Shown: in pieces, positions 51,725-64,000 of the stretch
Numbering within the stretch: the first letter of the stretch is position 1
Layout of the letters: each line of letters opens with the position of its first letter
The notes under the pieces: generated by a model
Databases searched by the model: none
The model's input: only the letters and a program-made list of their open reading frames with translations
What the model was told of the DNA's origin: nothing
Position numbers and translations under genes: made by a program
Assembly: GCF_035084215.1 (NCBI RefSeq)
Contig: NC_090364.1
Span: 4,774,001 to 4,838,000, forward strand
DNA length: 64,000 nt
Source: Heptranchias perlo
Lineage: Eukaryota
Reading direction: 5' to 3'

Positions 51725-54700
51725 GGGGAGGGAAATGTAGAGTTGGGGGATGTGTGCTTGTGGGTCTCCGATGTGTGGGGTACATGTATATTTGGGGGTA
51801 TCTCATTCCCACAATTACCAGCAAGGAAATATTAATAACATGTTGTTTGTTGACCATTGAGTGGCCATTGTTCCATTGAGTGGCTTCTCTCCCCCTCCCT
51901 CCGTTTCGAGTTTAAATCCTTTCCTCTTGCTTTGCGCATGTTCAATCTGAAAGTACCACAATCACTACTTTTACACTTTGATCATGTGATCTCAAAACCA
52001 CTTCCTCATGACAGTTAGTAGGTGCCTAAAAGTGAAGGTTCTCACAACTCAACGAGGCTGAGCGTTTCTGCTAATTTCGAGACAATTGTGCGGCTCGTCA
52101 ACTTTTAACTAAAGGGCCACATTCACAACGTGCAAATAATCGATATTAGAGTAGGAGAACAATTGGGAAATAGCAGCTACAACGTAGCTAGGTTTTAACG
52201 TCAAAATAGAAAAGGATAAAGAGGAATCAAAGATGAGGGTGCTGAATTAGGAAAAATGCAGAGCTTCGTGAGATAAGAAGGGATCTGATCCCAAATAACT
52301 GGGCAGAAACGTTAGCAAATAGGACGACACATCAGCGGTGGGGAACCTTCAAACATGAGGTGGGTGGAGTACAAAATAAATATATCCCTATAAGGCAAAA
52401 AGGGAACTACTTCAAAGAGTGGAATTCTGTGGATAAATAGAGATATTAAAATTAAACTGAAACTTAAAAGATATCTGAAAAAATACTACAAAGGCTTGCA
52501 TTTATATAGCCCCTTTCACGGCCTCGTGACGGGCAAAATTAAGTATATTTGAAGTGTCGTCACTGTTGTAATGTAGGAAACGTGCAACCAATTTGTGCAC
52601 AGCAAGATCCCACAAACAGCAACATGATAATGACCTGATAATCTGTTTTAGTGTTGTTGGTTGAGGGATATAACATTTCACAGGTTATTCTATTTCTTTT
52701 CCTGCATGTGTGTATGTTTTTTTTTTCCTTCCCCCTTTCCCTTCTTCTGTTCCTTGCTGTCCATCTGTAATATCTTCCAGTCCTGAGTCCGGGTCTTTAG
52801 ACTCGAAACATCGGCTGACTTGTCTTGTGTTTCCCTGCAGAAGTTGCCTGGCCCGCTGAATATTTCCAGCATCTGCATAATTTTGCCTTTTGTTCAGATC
52901 AGCTGACTCTCCGAACAGCGGGGATTGAACCTGGAGACCTTCCTGTTCTCGTTGGCAAGCTGACCGAGGAGACTGGGTTCCGTCCTTCCATGGCCCACAC
53001 GTGCTCACTCTGACAAGTACACAAGATGCTCCATAGCTTCACCCGATGGTTAAATGGGTGAAACACCCAGGCCAGTGCTGACTTGCCTGATACTCAGCTG
53101 GGACACAATTGGCCTTAGTGCCATTGGGTCAAGGTGGGCGAGAGGGAAAGAGGGAGGAAACAAAATGTCAGCCAGCATTCCTGCTCCTTATCTCTATCAG
53201 TGACTTCGGCTGCCAAGTGCGTGCCACGTAAAACGGCAGACTTTTCTTTGCGCGAGGTGAGGGACGCTCCCCAACACAGCTATAGCGCAGTCAGCCCTCT
53301 GCTCTGCCCCAACAACGTGCCTCAGTCCCAACTTCAGAAGAACATCCCCTACTATACTAGAATCATACAGCGCAGAAGGAGGCCATTTGGCCCATCGTGC
53401 CTGTGCTGGTGCGACTAGTATGACTTTTTTCCACTTCCTACACCGGCCATCTGTGCCCTTTGACTGAGTAGCCATTCAGAGCCAAATCAGAGGCAGGTTT
53501 GTGCTGTGGACCCCTGGCCCACTTGGAGCTGATTGAGACTTTATAAAATAATTTCATATTGGATTCTTATAGCCAGCAGACAGGGACTTTCATCCTATTA
53601 ACAGTCTGGATTGGATTCTGAACCCAGGTCCGAGAGGTAAAAGGCCAGTGTCTGACCCACTGCACCACCCAACTCCCAGACAGGTCTTTTTTCTTGGATA
53701 TCAGTACCATTGCAGACCTGTCTTAGGGGAAACACCAGGTCATTGCTCTAATATTAGTGGATATGGGCAGCCTGCACAGTTAAGGTGCATCATACTCAAG
53801 ATGGAAAAGGGTTTCATCTCAAAGCTCAATGATTGTGTCAGATTGTTGGAGTTTCTGAAACTTCTGTTGTGTTTCTTGGGCCAGGAACCAGCAGTTATGG
53901 GCTTGGAGCCTGTGACCGATGGTGAATGTGCTGAGATTTATCAGTGTGCTCAGAACTATCCCATCAAGCTCTCCCTGGTCAGATACATTTAACCTCTCAA
54001 GAGCACTTCCCGCTATAACACGAGCCTCCTTCAACTCACCCTATCAACATATCCTTCTATTCCTTTCTCCCTCATGTCCTTACTCAGCTTCCCCTTAAAT
54101 ATATCTATGCTATTCGCCTCAACTGCTCCACATGGTAGCAAGTTCCACATTTTAACCACTGAGTAAAGAAGTTTCTCCTGAATTCCTTATTGGATTTATT
54201 AGTGATTATCTTATATTTATGGTCCCCAGTTTTGGATTCCCCACAAGTGGAAACATCTTCTCTACCCTATCTTAATTATCATTATCTTAAAGACCTCCAT
54301 CGGGTCACCTCCCACCCTTTGCCTTGCTAGAGAAAAGAGCCTCAAATGATGCCATAGCTTTGACAGATACTTGGCTTCAGCTGGGGAAGGGGCTGGGAGA
54401 GAAACCATGCTGAATATTACAGAAGGGATAAATAAAGAGGGAGGAGGCATTGCATTACCAATTCAGCATTGGACAGAAGGGATGTTATTGAGGGTACTGT
54501 CCAGACTGCAGGGTAGATCTTGACTTTGTGCTATAGTGTAAAACGGGTATGGTCAAAGACGGACACTGTGTCTTCAGCTGGCTGTTTTGAATATGATATC
54601 TTCTCCAAGAATTTTGGAAATCTTGCAAGAACGCTTCACCGTGCTGAATTACTACAATGTCAAGGCTAGGAATGGAACGTGTATGTTAGTCATTTGTTCA

Positions 54701-56093
54701 AATACTGATGATAAATTAATATGTTCTAACTTTAATATAATTAAGTTGCTTTTAGTATGTTTAGTTTAATCGAAGCCCCACCTGCCTGTTCAGGACATAG
54801 CACTTTGTCAAAGAAGACATGGGTGTTTTCCCGGTGTTCTGGCCAACATCCCTCCTGCAATCGGCACTAAAACTAGATTATCTGATCAATAAACACATTG
54901 CCGTTTGTGGGGCCGTGGCTTCCTATCTGCACATTTTAATTAAAATATTGGATAACAAAAATCTACCCACGAACATATATTTTATTCATTAAAAAAAATT
55001 AAAGTGACATCAGCATCAGACAGGATGCTGGTTAAGGAAAAATAAGCCTCAGCCGCGCTGCACAATATAACTGATGGTGAGAAGAGAGCTGTTCCCTTTA
55101 ACAGTGAGAAGACTGGAAACAACTGCATAGATCTTCAAAGCCCCCTTTTAAACCTGATAACTGTAATTGAGATACAGATCAGTTGTGTGTGTGTGTGTTT
55201 CCCTCTGTTGTCTCAGTGGCTGCACTGAATGATGCACACAGAGTTGAAGATCCCTGGCTATACTGAGCTGGCTCACCTCCGTCAGGGGCAGCAGTTGGCC
55301 TCAGTGCCCCCTTGGCTAGGGCTGGGTGGACGGACAATCAGAGGTTCCCATTCCCGCTCACCGACCGAGCCCAATCCTGTCCTTTGCGTAAGAACAGGAG
55401 CAGGTTCTCCTTCAATGCCAACACTCACTGCCTGGGCTCACGTGAAGAGTGGCCAACCTGGGGGTATAGTACACGACAGCGGGCAGTATCTTAGAACCAT
55501 ACTCCAAGCATGTCGAGGACGGGGAGGGGGGAGATTAGGAAATGAAGAGAGTCTGGCAATCCCAACATACGTGGATTTTTTTTTATTACTGAGTGACATG
55601 TAGGATTCCCCCTCAGAGAAATGAGTTTATTTCCTTTTTTGTTTTACTATGATCCAGTATGAATTTCAACATGAAATACAGACAATGTATATTACACATT
55701 ATCGAATTCTTTAATACATACAGTTTACACATAGAAAAAAACAACTCTGGCTCTGACTTCTGCACGTAAAAGTCTCAGTAATGCCAGGACCAAGAGAACA
55801 AAACTATCTTCGCACTCATTCTCCAGTAGGACTCGAACCCAACACTGGACGTTTCTGAAGCTGAAAAAGTCCTTTATGTAGTAGCTCCCAGGCTCAGGTT
55901 TATACTTTTTAAACTTAAAGTCTTTTCACAACGTCATGGTAGCTGAAGACAGCCGGGGCTCCGTCGTGTATTTACAGTCTCGTCGAAAAAGTCATTCCAA
56001 CAAGATCAGTCCGAGCTGCCTGCTCTCAATCTGTTGTCAACCATTCATCCAAAGTTAGCAGTCTCCAAAACACGAGCTTCTGCTCCAGAGTTG

Positions 56094-59000
56094 CTAGTCT
56101 TCATCAAGCCGACGTCTTTTAGCTGGGCTGCTGTCGAGGTCACCTGTAGGACAGGCCGGCTCCCTTGCGTCAGTTTGGTCACAGTGTCTGCTGTCCCTCT
56201 CCATCTCCTCATCGTCCACCGGGGGGGTGGCAAAGGTTTTGTTGCTGAAGACGTCCATCAACTTCTCCTCGAAGTACGACTCGAGCGTCTTCACAGACTC
56301 GGCCACCTCCTTGTCCTTAAAAAGAATTCAATTGGAAACAATTGTTTTTAAATCACTGTAATCAAATGAAAAAGGACCAGCTGAACATAAACTTTAAAAA
56401 AAAAAATTCTCCTGTGTAAATAAATCCCATAGATAATCCAGTGGTTTAGTGAACACAACAACTTGCATTTATATAGCGCCTTTCATGTTGTAAAATGTCC
56501 CAAGGCACTTCACAGGAGTGTTAAAACAAAATTTGTCACTGAGCCACGTAAGGAGATATTAGGACAGGTGAGGTAGGTTTTAAGGAGCGTCTTAAAGAAG
56601 GAGAGAGAGGTAGAGAGGTTTAGGGAAGGAATTTCAGAGTTTCGGGCCTAGGTTGCTGAACGCACAGACACCAATGGTGCAGCAATTGGGGGGCGAGACC
56701 CTGCACGGATTTGAAAACAAATATGAGAATTTTAAAATCGAGGCGTTGCTGGACCGGAAGCCAATGCTCTATCCAGGGTGGAACTGAGCCATAAAGGCCA
56801 GGAAGGTCCTGGGTCTGTGCTAAGTTGGCAGATCTTAGCCTGGGCTATAGTTGGCTGCCAAAATTGGCCTCAGATTCGTGGACTAAGGAAGGGGGACAAA
56901 AGAATCAGCTAGGGTTTCTGCTGGAAAGTGTCTGCGTATCTATGTCAGGTATGGACAGGACTGGGCTCTACTGGGGTGCCCTCCAGTTGAAAGCTTTCTG
57001 GCACTCAGTGGCTTGGCTCGTCAGCAAAAATGGTCACTTGGGCAAGTGACCAAAGGCAGCCAGCAACCCCAGCGTCTTCAGATACATTCTCAATAATCTT
57101 CATCTCTCACTGGTGCTGATGGCTAACTGCAGGGACCTGGACTGCCTCTCCAAACTTGTCTCCCGTGAATAACCCTCCTTGCAGGCTTTTTAACAATCTC
57201 CTGGCTTTCCCCAACAGTCCTCAGGCAGGACTTGAAAAGCATCTGAAAATACAGAGATTCCCTTATCTGCCACATTTATCATTTGGGAACAGGGAGATAT
57301 CACGCATCATATTGATCTTGTGGTTAACAAATGCTAATGTAAGAAATAAAGAACAAACTTTTATTGAAATGACACTTATCACGATCTCAGAATGTTCCAA
57401 AGCGCTTCCACAGCCAAATAAAGTACTTTTGAAGTGTAGTCACTGTTCTAATGTAGGGAAACGCAGCAGCCAGGTCCCACAAACAATAATGAGATAAATG
57501 ACCAGTGTTTCAGTGATGTTGGTTGAGGGATAAATATTGTCCAGGACACCGGGAGAACTCCCCTGCTCTTCGAATAGTGCCATGGGATCTTTTATGTCCA
57601 CCCAAGGGGGTAGTTGGTTTAACATCTCATCCGAAAGATGCCACTTCTGACACTCCCTCAGTACTGCACTAATGTGTCAGCCTAGATTATGCGTTCGAGT
57701 AGCTGCAGTGGGAGTTAAACCGACAACCTTTTGATTCAGAGGCATGAGTGTTATCTACCCACTGAGCTGAGGCCGACACAAACGTTCACAGAGAGAGACA
57801 CTAGAAATTTTTTTTAAAACAATATCTATTTGTGAATCTGAGTCGATTCAAGCACTGTACTGTGTGCTCCCTGTCCCCGGCCTGCAAACAAATCTATCTA
57901 CAAACTTACCCAAAGAGGCAACAAGGATAGAATGCAGGCAATGGAAAGGTGATGTTGCACTTCAAACATTGGGACTGATGTTCTCAGCTCACTAGGTTAG
58001 CTTCCAACTCGTGGCATTTCTACAAGAGTGCAAAAGTGTTCTGTCCATCAAAATCACCGTGCATTTATACAGTGCCTTTACCATAGCAAAACATCCCATG
58101 GCACTTCGGCGGTGTGAAGAAAATGGACGTCAAGCCAAAGATGGGCGGTTAAAAGTGTGATCAAAAGCTCGGTCAAGAAGATGGGTTTTATGGAGTGTCT
58201 TAAAAGAGAGGGAGGTGGGAGAGGCAGAGGGGATCAGGGAGTGAAAAGTGGCCACATCTTTCTCAAGAAGCACAAGTAAATGAACCATCAGAAAATGAAG
58301 CAACAGGAAATAACCAGCTGGCCCTTTCCCTTACCTGAATCAGTTTGCCAAATGACTTAAACATTAATCGAGCCTCCAGCACAAACTCATCAGGTGAGGA
58401 GTAACGGGGTGAGCTCGTCTTCTCAAGTTTTGCTCTGATGGAAGGCAGGTCTACTCGCTGATTTTTCAACTGTAAAAGAAACAATGACAAGAGCAAGATT
58501 AACTTTGGGTCCAGGGCAAGGAGTGGATTAAGTAAGGGCCTTGGAAAGTAGAGGGGCTGGAGGAAGAATGAAGAGAATTTGCTGAAGGGCAGCCTGTGGT
58601 TGAAGTCTTGTATTTATAATGGGAAAAGCTGACAGGGAGTGCATGCAGACAAAGAAAGAACTTGTATTTATATAACACCTTTCACAACCTCAGGACTTCC
58701 CAAAGTATTTTACAGTCAATGAAGTACTTCTGAAGTGTAGTCACTGTTGTAATGTAGGGAACACAGCAACCAATTTGCGCACAGCAAGGTCCCACAAACA
58801 GCAATGAGATAATGTCCAGATAATCTATTTTACTGATGTTGGTTGAGGGATAAATATCAGCCAGGTTACCAGGGAGAACGCCCCTGCTTTTCTTCGAAAT
58901 AGTGCCACCAGATCTTTTCAGTCCACCTGAGAGCAGGCGGGGCCTTGGTTTAACGTCTCATCCAAAAGACGGCACCTCCGACAGTGCAGCACTCCCTCAG

Positions 59001-62000
59001 TACTGGCACTGGGTGTGTCAGCCTTGATTATGCGCTCAAGCCTCTGGAGTGGGACTTGAACCCGGAGGAGAGAGTGCTACCACTGAGCCAAGGCTGACAC
59101 TTAGACACGAGATTCTTGATGTATTATAGAAGACACAGATAGATATATTTGACAACTTAATTTATAAACAAGTTGAGCAAGAGAGTCACACAAAGAGCTC
59201 ACTGAAGGGATATTCTTCAAATGCTTACTTGTGAGAATCCAGTGGGGTTTTGGAGGGCCTGACTCAGCTTATGAGAGAGCAGCAGCAGCAGCAGGTGTTC
59301 ACATCTCTGTAAAAACATGCCACAATGAGACACACAAAACTGGCATCGCTGTGACACCTACATAATGTGTATAAACACTAACACGCCTCCACTCCGAGGA
59401 CACACTTTCTTTTTCAATGGTGCTGCTTTTTCTTTTCTGCCGTTATCCCTCCACCCCTCGAAGGCCGACTCGTGTTGGTTGACAGTTTCACAGGTACTGG
59501 CCCAAGTGGCCACTGCTTGTGCGTGATCCTCAGCCAGTGAATGTTGGCAGGCTAGGCACTGATTTCAAGCATCACCTCCAGTCTTCACCCAATGTGCGCA
59601 CACACGCGTGCACCAAACAGCAATCAAGGGCAGGAACTCTGGCTGACATTCCCGTCCCTGGTCCCCGCTGTCAAACAGCTTCCAGAAACTCACCGTCAGC
59701 CACGCATGTGAGGAACAGTCACTCTGGTACCTCTCCAAAGTAGTCACTCTTCATGCGTTAGCCCAACAGCAAGTGCCAGCAGGCAGTTTGACAAATACCA
59801 CAGCCGAGCCAATCCTGATCGCACCCAGTGTCTTTCAGTGGGGTACACTAGACCGCGATCAGCGGCATGAACCCAGACTGATTTTTCCTTCCCTAGTCAA
59901 GGGCCAATGAGGGTTAATTGCTGCTCCCCCAATGGAGAACAGCTAACTCAGCATAGACTGAGATTACAACCTGGGACTTTCTGGTCTGAGTGAATATGTT
60001 GCACTCTCTAATTTATCTATCAATCTTAACAAATCACAGAGGGAGAGGAATCCTGCTCATATGTCATATGTATTTCCAGTTTCAGTACAAACCCTCTGAT
60101 CGAGAGGGCACAGGCCCTCCACTGCAGCACTACTGCTGCTTTCTAATGCTGCTGGTGAACTTTCAGTCTGTACTTCAGATGCTGCCAAATCCACACATAT
60201 CGAACATGTCCATTCGACACTGCAGAAAAAGAAACAAAGAGGTCACTCACAATGAACTTCACCCGAATTTAAAAACATATAATACTAGCAGATATCCCAT
60301 GGTGTCGTTCAAGATGTTATGATATTTTACAATGACAGGAGCATTGTAATGCACCGTATTAGAGCAATGTGCACAGTTCTGGTCACCATATTATAAAATG
60401 GATATAGAGGCACTGGAGAAGGCGCAAAAAAAGATTTACAAGGTTGCTACCAGAAATGAGAGGTTGTACCTATCAGGAAAGATTGAACATTTCTGTATAA
60501 AATGAGAAGGCTGAGGGGTGACCTGATAGAGGTTTTTAAGATTGATAGGGTAGATGTAGAGAAGATATTTCCACTCATGTGGGAGACCAAAACTAGGGGC
60601 CATAAATATGACTATAAGATAGTCACTAATGAATCCAATAGGGAATTCAGGAGAAACTTCTTTACCCAGAATGGTTAAAACGTGGAACTCAGTACCACAA
60701 GGAGTGGTTGAGGCAAATAGCATGCATTTAAGGGGAAGCTAGATAAACACATTAGGCAGAAAGGAATAGAAGGTTATGCTGATAGGGTTAGATAAAGAGG
60801 GGAGGGAGGAGGCTCGTGTGGAGCATAAACACCAGCATGGACCAGTTGGGCCGAATGGCCCGTTTCTGTGCTGTACATTCAATGTAATTCTACAAAATAT
60901 ATTATTCTGCTGCTGATGGGAGTTGTGTTTAAGCTGGCCTCTTCTAAGGCTACAATATCCAACTGATGTTAAGTAAACACAGCCTGAGGTCACTCAGTTT
61001 AATTGTTGTTTGGTCAGGGAACTTTGCGGACTGGACTGGAAGTTTCAGGTTGCAGCTCAGTAACACCCAGCATTTTAAGATTGTTTTGCATCTTTAATGA
61101 AGTGTGACTTGTGAAATGTGATGTACTGTTTTTAATATTTCTAAAAATTGCAGATACATTTCCAAATAATCTCCCCTCTTCAACTGCTGGTGTTGACTCT
61201 TGTTGGGTATAGTTGAATGGATGCTGACAACACTCCCCTACTTCACCCAAATACTCATTCTTCATCTGCACGCCCAGGAAGTGAGTGGCAGCAGGCGATT
61301 CCACCTTGGAGGACATCAATATTGAGCTCAATCTTGTCAACACCCATGCACTTTCAAGCCAAGATTACTGAATAAGTAATCAGGAGTAGGAATCTAGGTT
61401 CAATATTACAATCCCCAGCTCAGAGTACTGAGGGTAACTGTAGGGCCCGACTGCTACCCCAGCTAATTCAGCAGCCCGGGAGTTGTAACTGGGATCTGCT
61501 CAGCTGTAGGAATTAGTACCACACCCAGACTGGACCTTGGATCAATTCCCTGGCCATGGCTTTCGCTCCTAATTGCTTTCCCATAACATTTGCTGGAAAA
61601 TGATCAAATGCACGTCGCGTAGGGGAAAGGGTGGGATAAAGAGCTAACTCAGATCAGATGGGGGTTGCACCAGAGACCTTCCTCCTGGGCAGTACGGCTC
61701 AGCTACTCACTGCCTTAACCGGGCCATCAGAGTTCACCCATCGTAAGTTCAGCACTTTTTATTTCGACCCGTTTCACGATGGACTCACCTGGGCACACTC
61801 AGCAGAGCAGGAACGTGGCAGTCAACGTGAAACACCTTCAGGCAACGACTACAACATGCCAGCTCGCCTCCTTTCCGACAAACGACGCAGACGACCTCAT
61901 CCGACTCCTCGCCTTTCTCACTGACGCTGCACAGCGGAGATGACTTCAGGTCCGGTATGCTTCCGGGCGACTTTTCACTGGGGGAGGGCGTGGGGCTCAG

Positions 62001-62120
62001 GGCATGGTGGGAACGCTTGCTTGCTACCTCAGTCCTCTCGTTAAACACAAATTCGATTTCAGTTTCTGACGCGGGAGAGGCCGAGTTTGGTGGGGTCAGG
62101 GTGCTCTCCAGAGTCGGTGC
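56094..62120 (-). CDS. TRIM28: TIF1-family protein, C-terminal PHD plus degenerate bromodomain, probable TRIM28/KAP1 orthologue, 5'-partial; exons 62120-61789, 60219-60093, 59306-59229, 58469-58335, 56315-56094
   Basis: C4HC3 PHD CVVCRKGGELACCSRCLKVFHVDCHVPALLSVPSVEWTCSIC, then LCPLDQRRCEHLLLLLLSHKLSQALQNPTGFSQLKNQRVDLPSIRAKLEKTSSPRYSSPDEFVLEARLMFKSFGKLIQDKEVAESVKTLESYFEEKLMDVFSNKTF...PAKRRRLDED*. Phases are consistent. The TIF1 family call is strong; the TRIM28 assignment rests on bromodomain degeneration and linkage to CHMP2A/UBE2M. Confidence 0.75.
58652..59099 (-). mobile_element. Deu-type SINE, near full length
   Basis: Reverse complement of the 5133 family, including the tRNA-like head. 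Confidence 0.85.
60340..60892 (+). mobile_element. CR1 LINE 3' fragment
   Basis: Similar to the CR1 at 10093-10455 and 36835-37210, with an ATTCTA tail. Confidence 0.85.
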
Positions 62121-64000
62121 CTGCAAGTCAGAAACAGAATTACTACTTCCTCTGGTGGGGGGGGGGGGGGGGTGGAGTCCAGAACAAGGGGGGCATAACC
62201 TTAAAATTAGAGCAAGGCCATTCTACAGTGATGTCAGGAAGCACTTCTTGGCACAAATCTGGAACTCAAATGCTACTGAGGCTGGGGGTCAATTGAAAAT
62301 TTCAAAACTGAGATTGATAGATTTTTGTTAGGCAAGGGTATTAAGGGTTACAGAACCAAGGCTGGTAAATGGGAGTTGAGATACAGATCAGCCATGATCT
62401 AATTGAATGGCAAAACAGGCTCGAGGGGCTGAACGGCCTCCTCCTGTTCCTATGTTCCTAATTGTTTATTTTACATTGCCTTGTGACCCAGCTTTTTCCC
62501 TTTTTCGGTTCCCTTCAGCTACTCTTCCTGTCAGGCATGACACAGTGTACAGCAGTCAGCAGGAGCTGCCTCCTCTGGAAGTACACAGCAGGGTAACCCG
62601 AAGACAGCTATTTCCTCCACGCAGTGCCATGATGGTGCACAGATGGAGGTCAATAACCCCCCCCCCCCCTCACCGAGCACGCGAACGTCTCCGTAGCCGA
62701 GGCAGCACTGTGTTTGTCTCCACAGTACCGCTCCAAGCTTCTCCCGCTGAGAGCGATTCCTCAGAGAGGCTGGAGTTTCAGAGTAGTACTTGGAGTATGA
62801 ATGCATACCCCTGCTATACATTAGTCAAAACATTTCAGAGGAAAAGTTAAGCCTTTTAAACTGTAGAAAAATATGCACACAATTTTTAAAATAATGAAAT
62901 AATCCAGCTTTCATTCCCAGTGATCAATCTGTACACTGTTCACATGTAGACGTTTGTGAGGTTATTGCCCCTCTGATTATATTGCTTCAATTAACCGACC
63001 TTCCAGCTTATTTGCTACAAATACCAATCTATCTATTTGGGCGAGTTATAGCTTATTTTTTAATGATGTTTGGAGAAGGGGGAAGCAACTTTCCAATAAG
63101 ACTGAACTGTCAGTCAACATAGCAACACCTCCGGAGTCCTGGGCACTGATGGGTAAAAGGAACGTTTCCTGTGCAGAGAAACGATTTATGTGGCAACTTT
63201 CTTCTGGCGATATTCTCTCTCCCCCCCCCCCCACCCCCCGGCCGAGTCCACCTCCTTTCCTGAAGGTATTGACGCTTCCATGAGCACCAGGCACCCTCCC
63301 ACACCTGTGAATTAGCCTCGATACCGATTGTTAGGCTATTTGAACAGCAGGCAGTACAGTTGAGCACTGTTCTGCCCTCCACTGACATTCACACGTGCAC
63401 TTTCCAACAGGTATCACTGGATAGAGATCAGGAGTAGGAGCCCTGACTGATTTTTCCCTCCTTGGCCCGGGTGACGGAGCTCAGTCGTAGCACCGTTACT
63501 GCCACACCGGCTGGTAAGTTGATAATTGAAAGTGGCAGCACTGTGGGAGCACCTTCACTACACGGACTGCAGCGGTTCAAGGAAGCTCATCACCACCTTC
63601 TCAAGGGCAACTAGGGATGGGCAATAAATGCCGGCCTTGTTAGCGATGCCCATATCCCGAGAATTAATTTTTTAAAAAAACATCCCATCCTTCGAGTCTT
63701 GTGAAAATATGATGCATATTTTGCATAATAGGAGAAAAACTTCTTTGGTAATCTGATTTACATACTTTAATTAGCATAATTTATGATATCCCCAAAGGCA
63801 TAATTATACTCTCCAGGTTTCTTAAAAGGTAAGAAATGCAATCTGAGTAATGTAGAAAACCCTATTTCGTAATGAACAGAATTTATATTGGGTTTAATAT
63901 ACTTTAACAAGTTACTTCCAACAGAACGATAATTACAAGGGGGGCGGGAGGAGGGAGAAGAGAAATTCCGATCTGGAGTGCATGCAAAATTGCCCGTGAT

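Noticed and set aside
62121-64000. Further upstream exons of the TRIM gene
   Set aside because: Only CR1, SINE and LINE-tail fragments seen; I found no convincing exon with matching splice signals.

Overview
Vertebrate genomic DNA, most likely from a cartilaginous fish (shark), inferred from abundant SacSINE1/Deu-type SINEs, CR1 and L2 LINEs and Penelope remnants. All genes are spliced, so the ORF track mostly shows repeats. Gene order: two tandem ferritin genes (+; the first is 5'-truncated by the window); a 64-aa twin-CX9C COX17-like gene (+) absent from the ORF track and lacking the copper-binding Cys-Cys motif; CHMP2A (-); UBE2M (-); and the 3' part of a TIF1-family PHD-bromodomain gene (-) whose degenerate bromodomain and linkage to CHMP2A/UBE2M suggest TRIM28. 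The second ferritin carries H65N, E134K and H173L (human H numbering) and shows no IRE between its TATA box and ATG. Structural oddities include a putative histone-H2B/CR1 chimeric retrocopy, a perfect 94-bp-arm Penelope palindrome with hammerhead motifs and a TSD, two ~190-200-bp inverted duplications, and tandem-repeat arrays on both sides of both housekeeping promoters. Comparisons to human proteins are from memory; no database searches were run, and TE boundaries are approximate.
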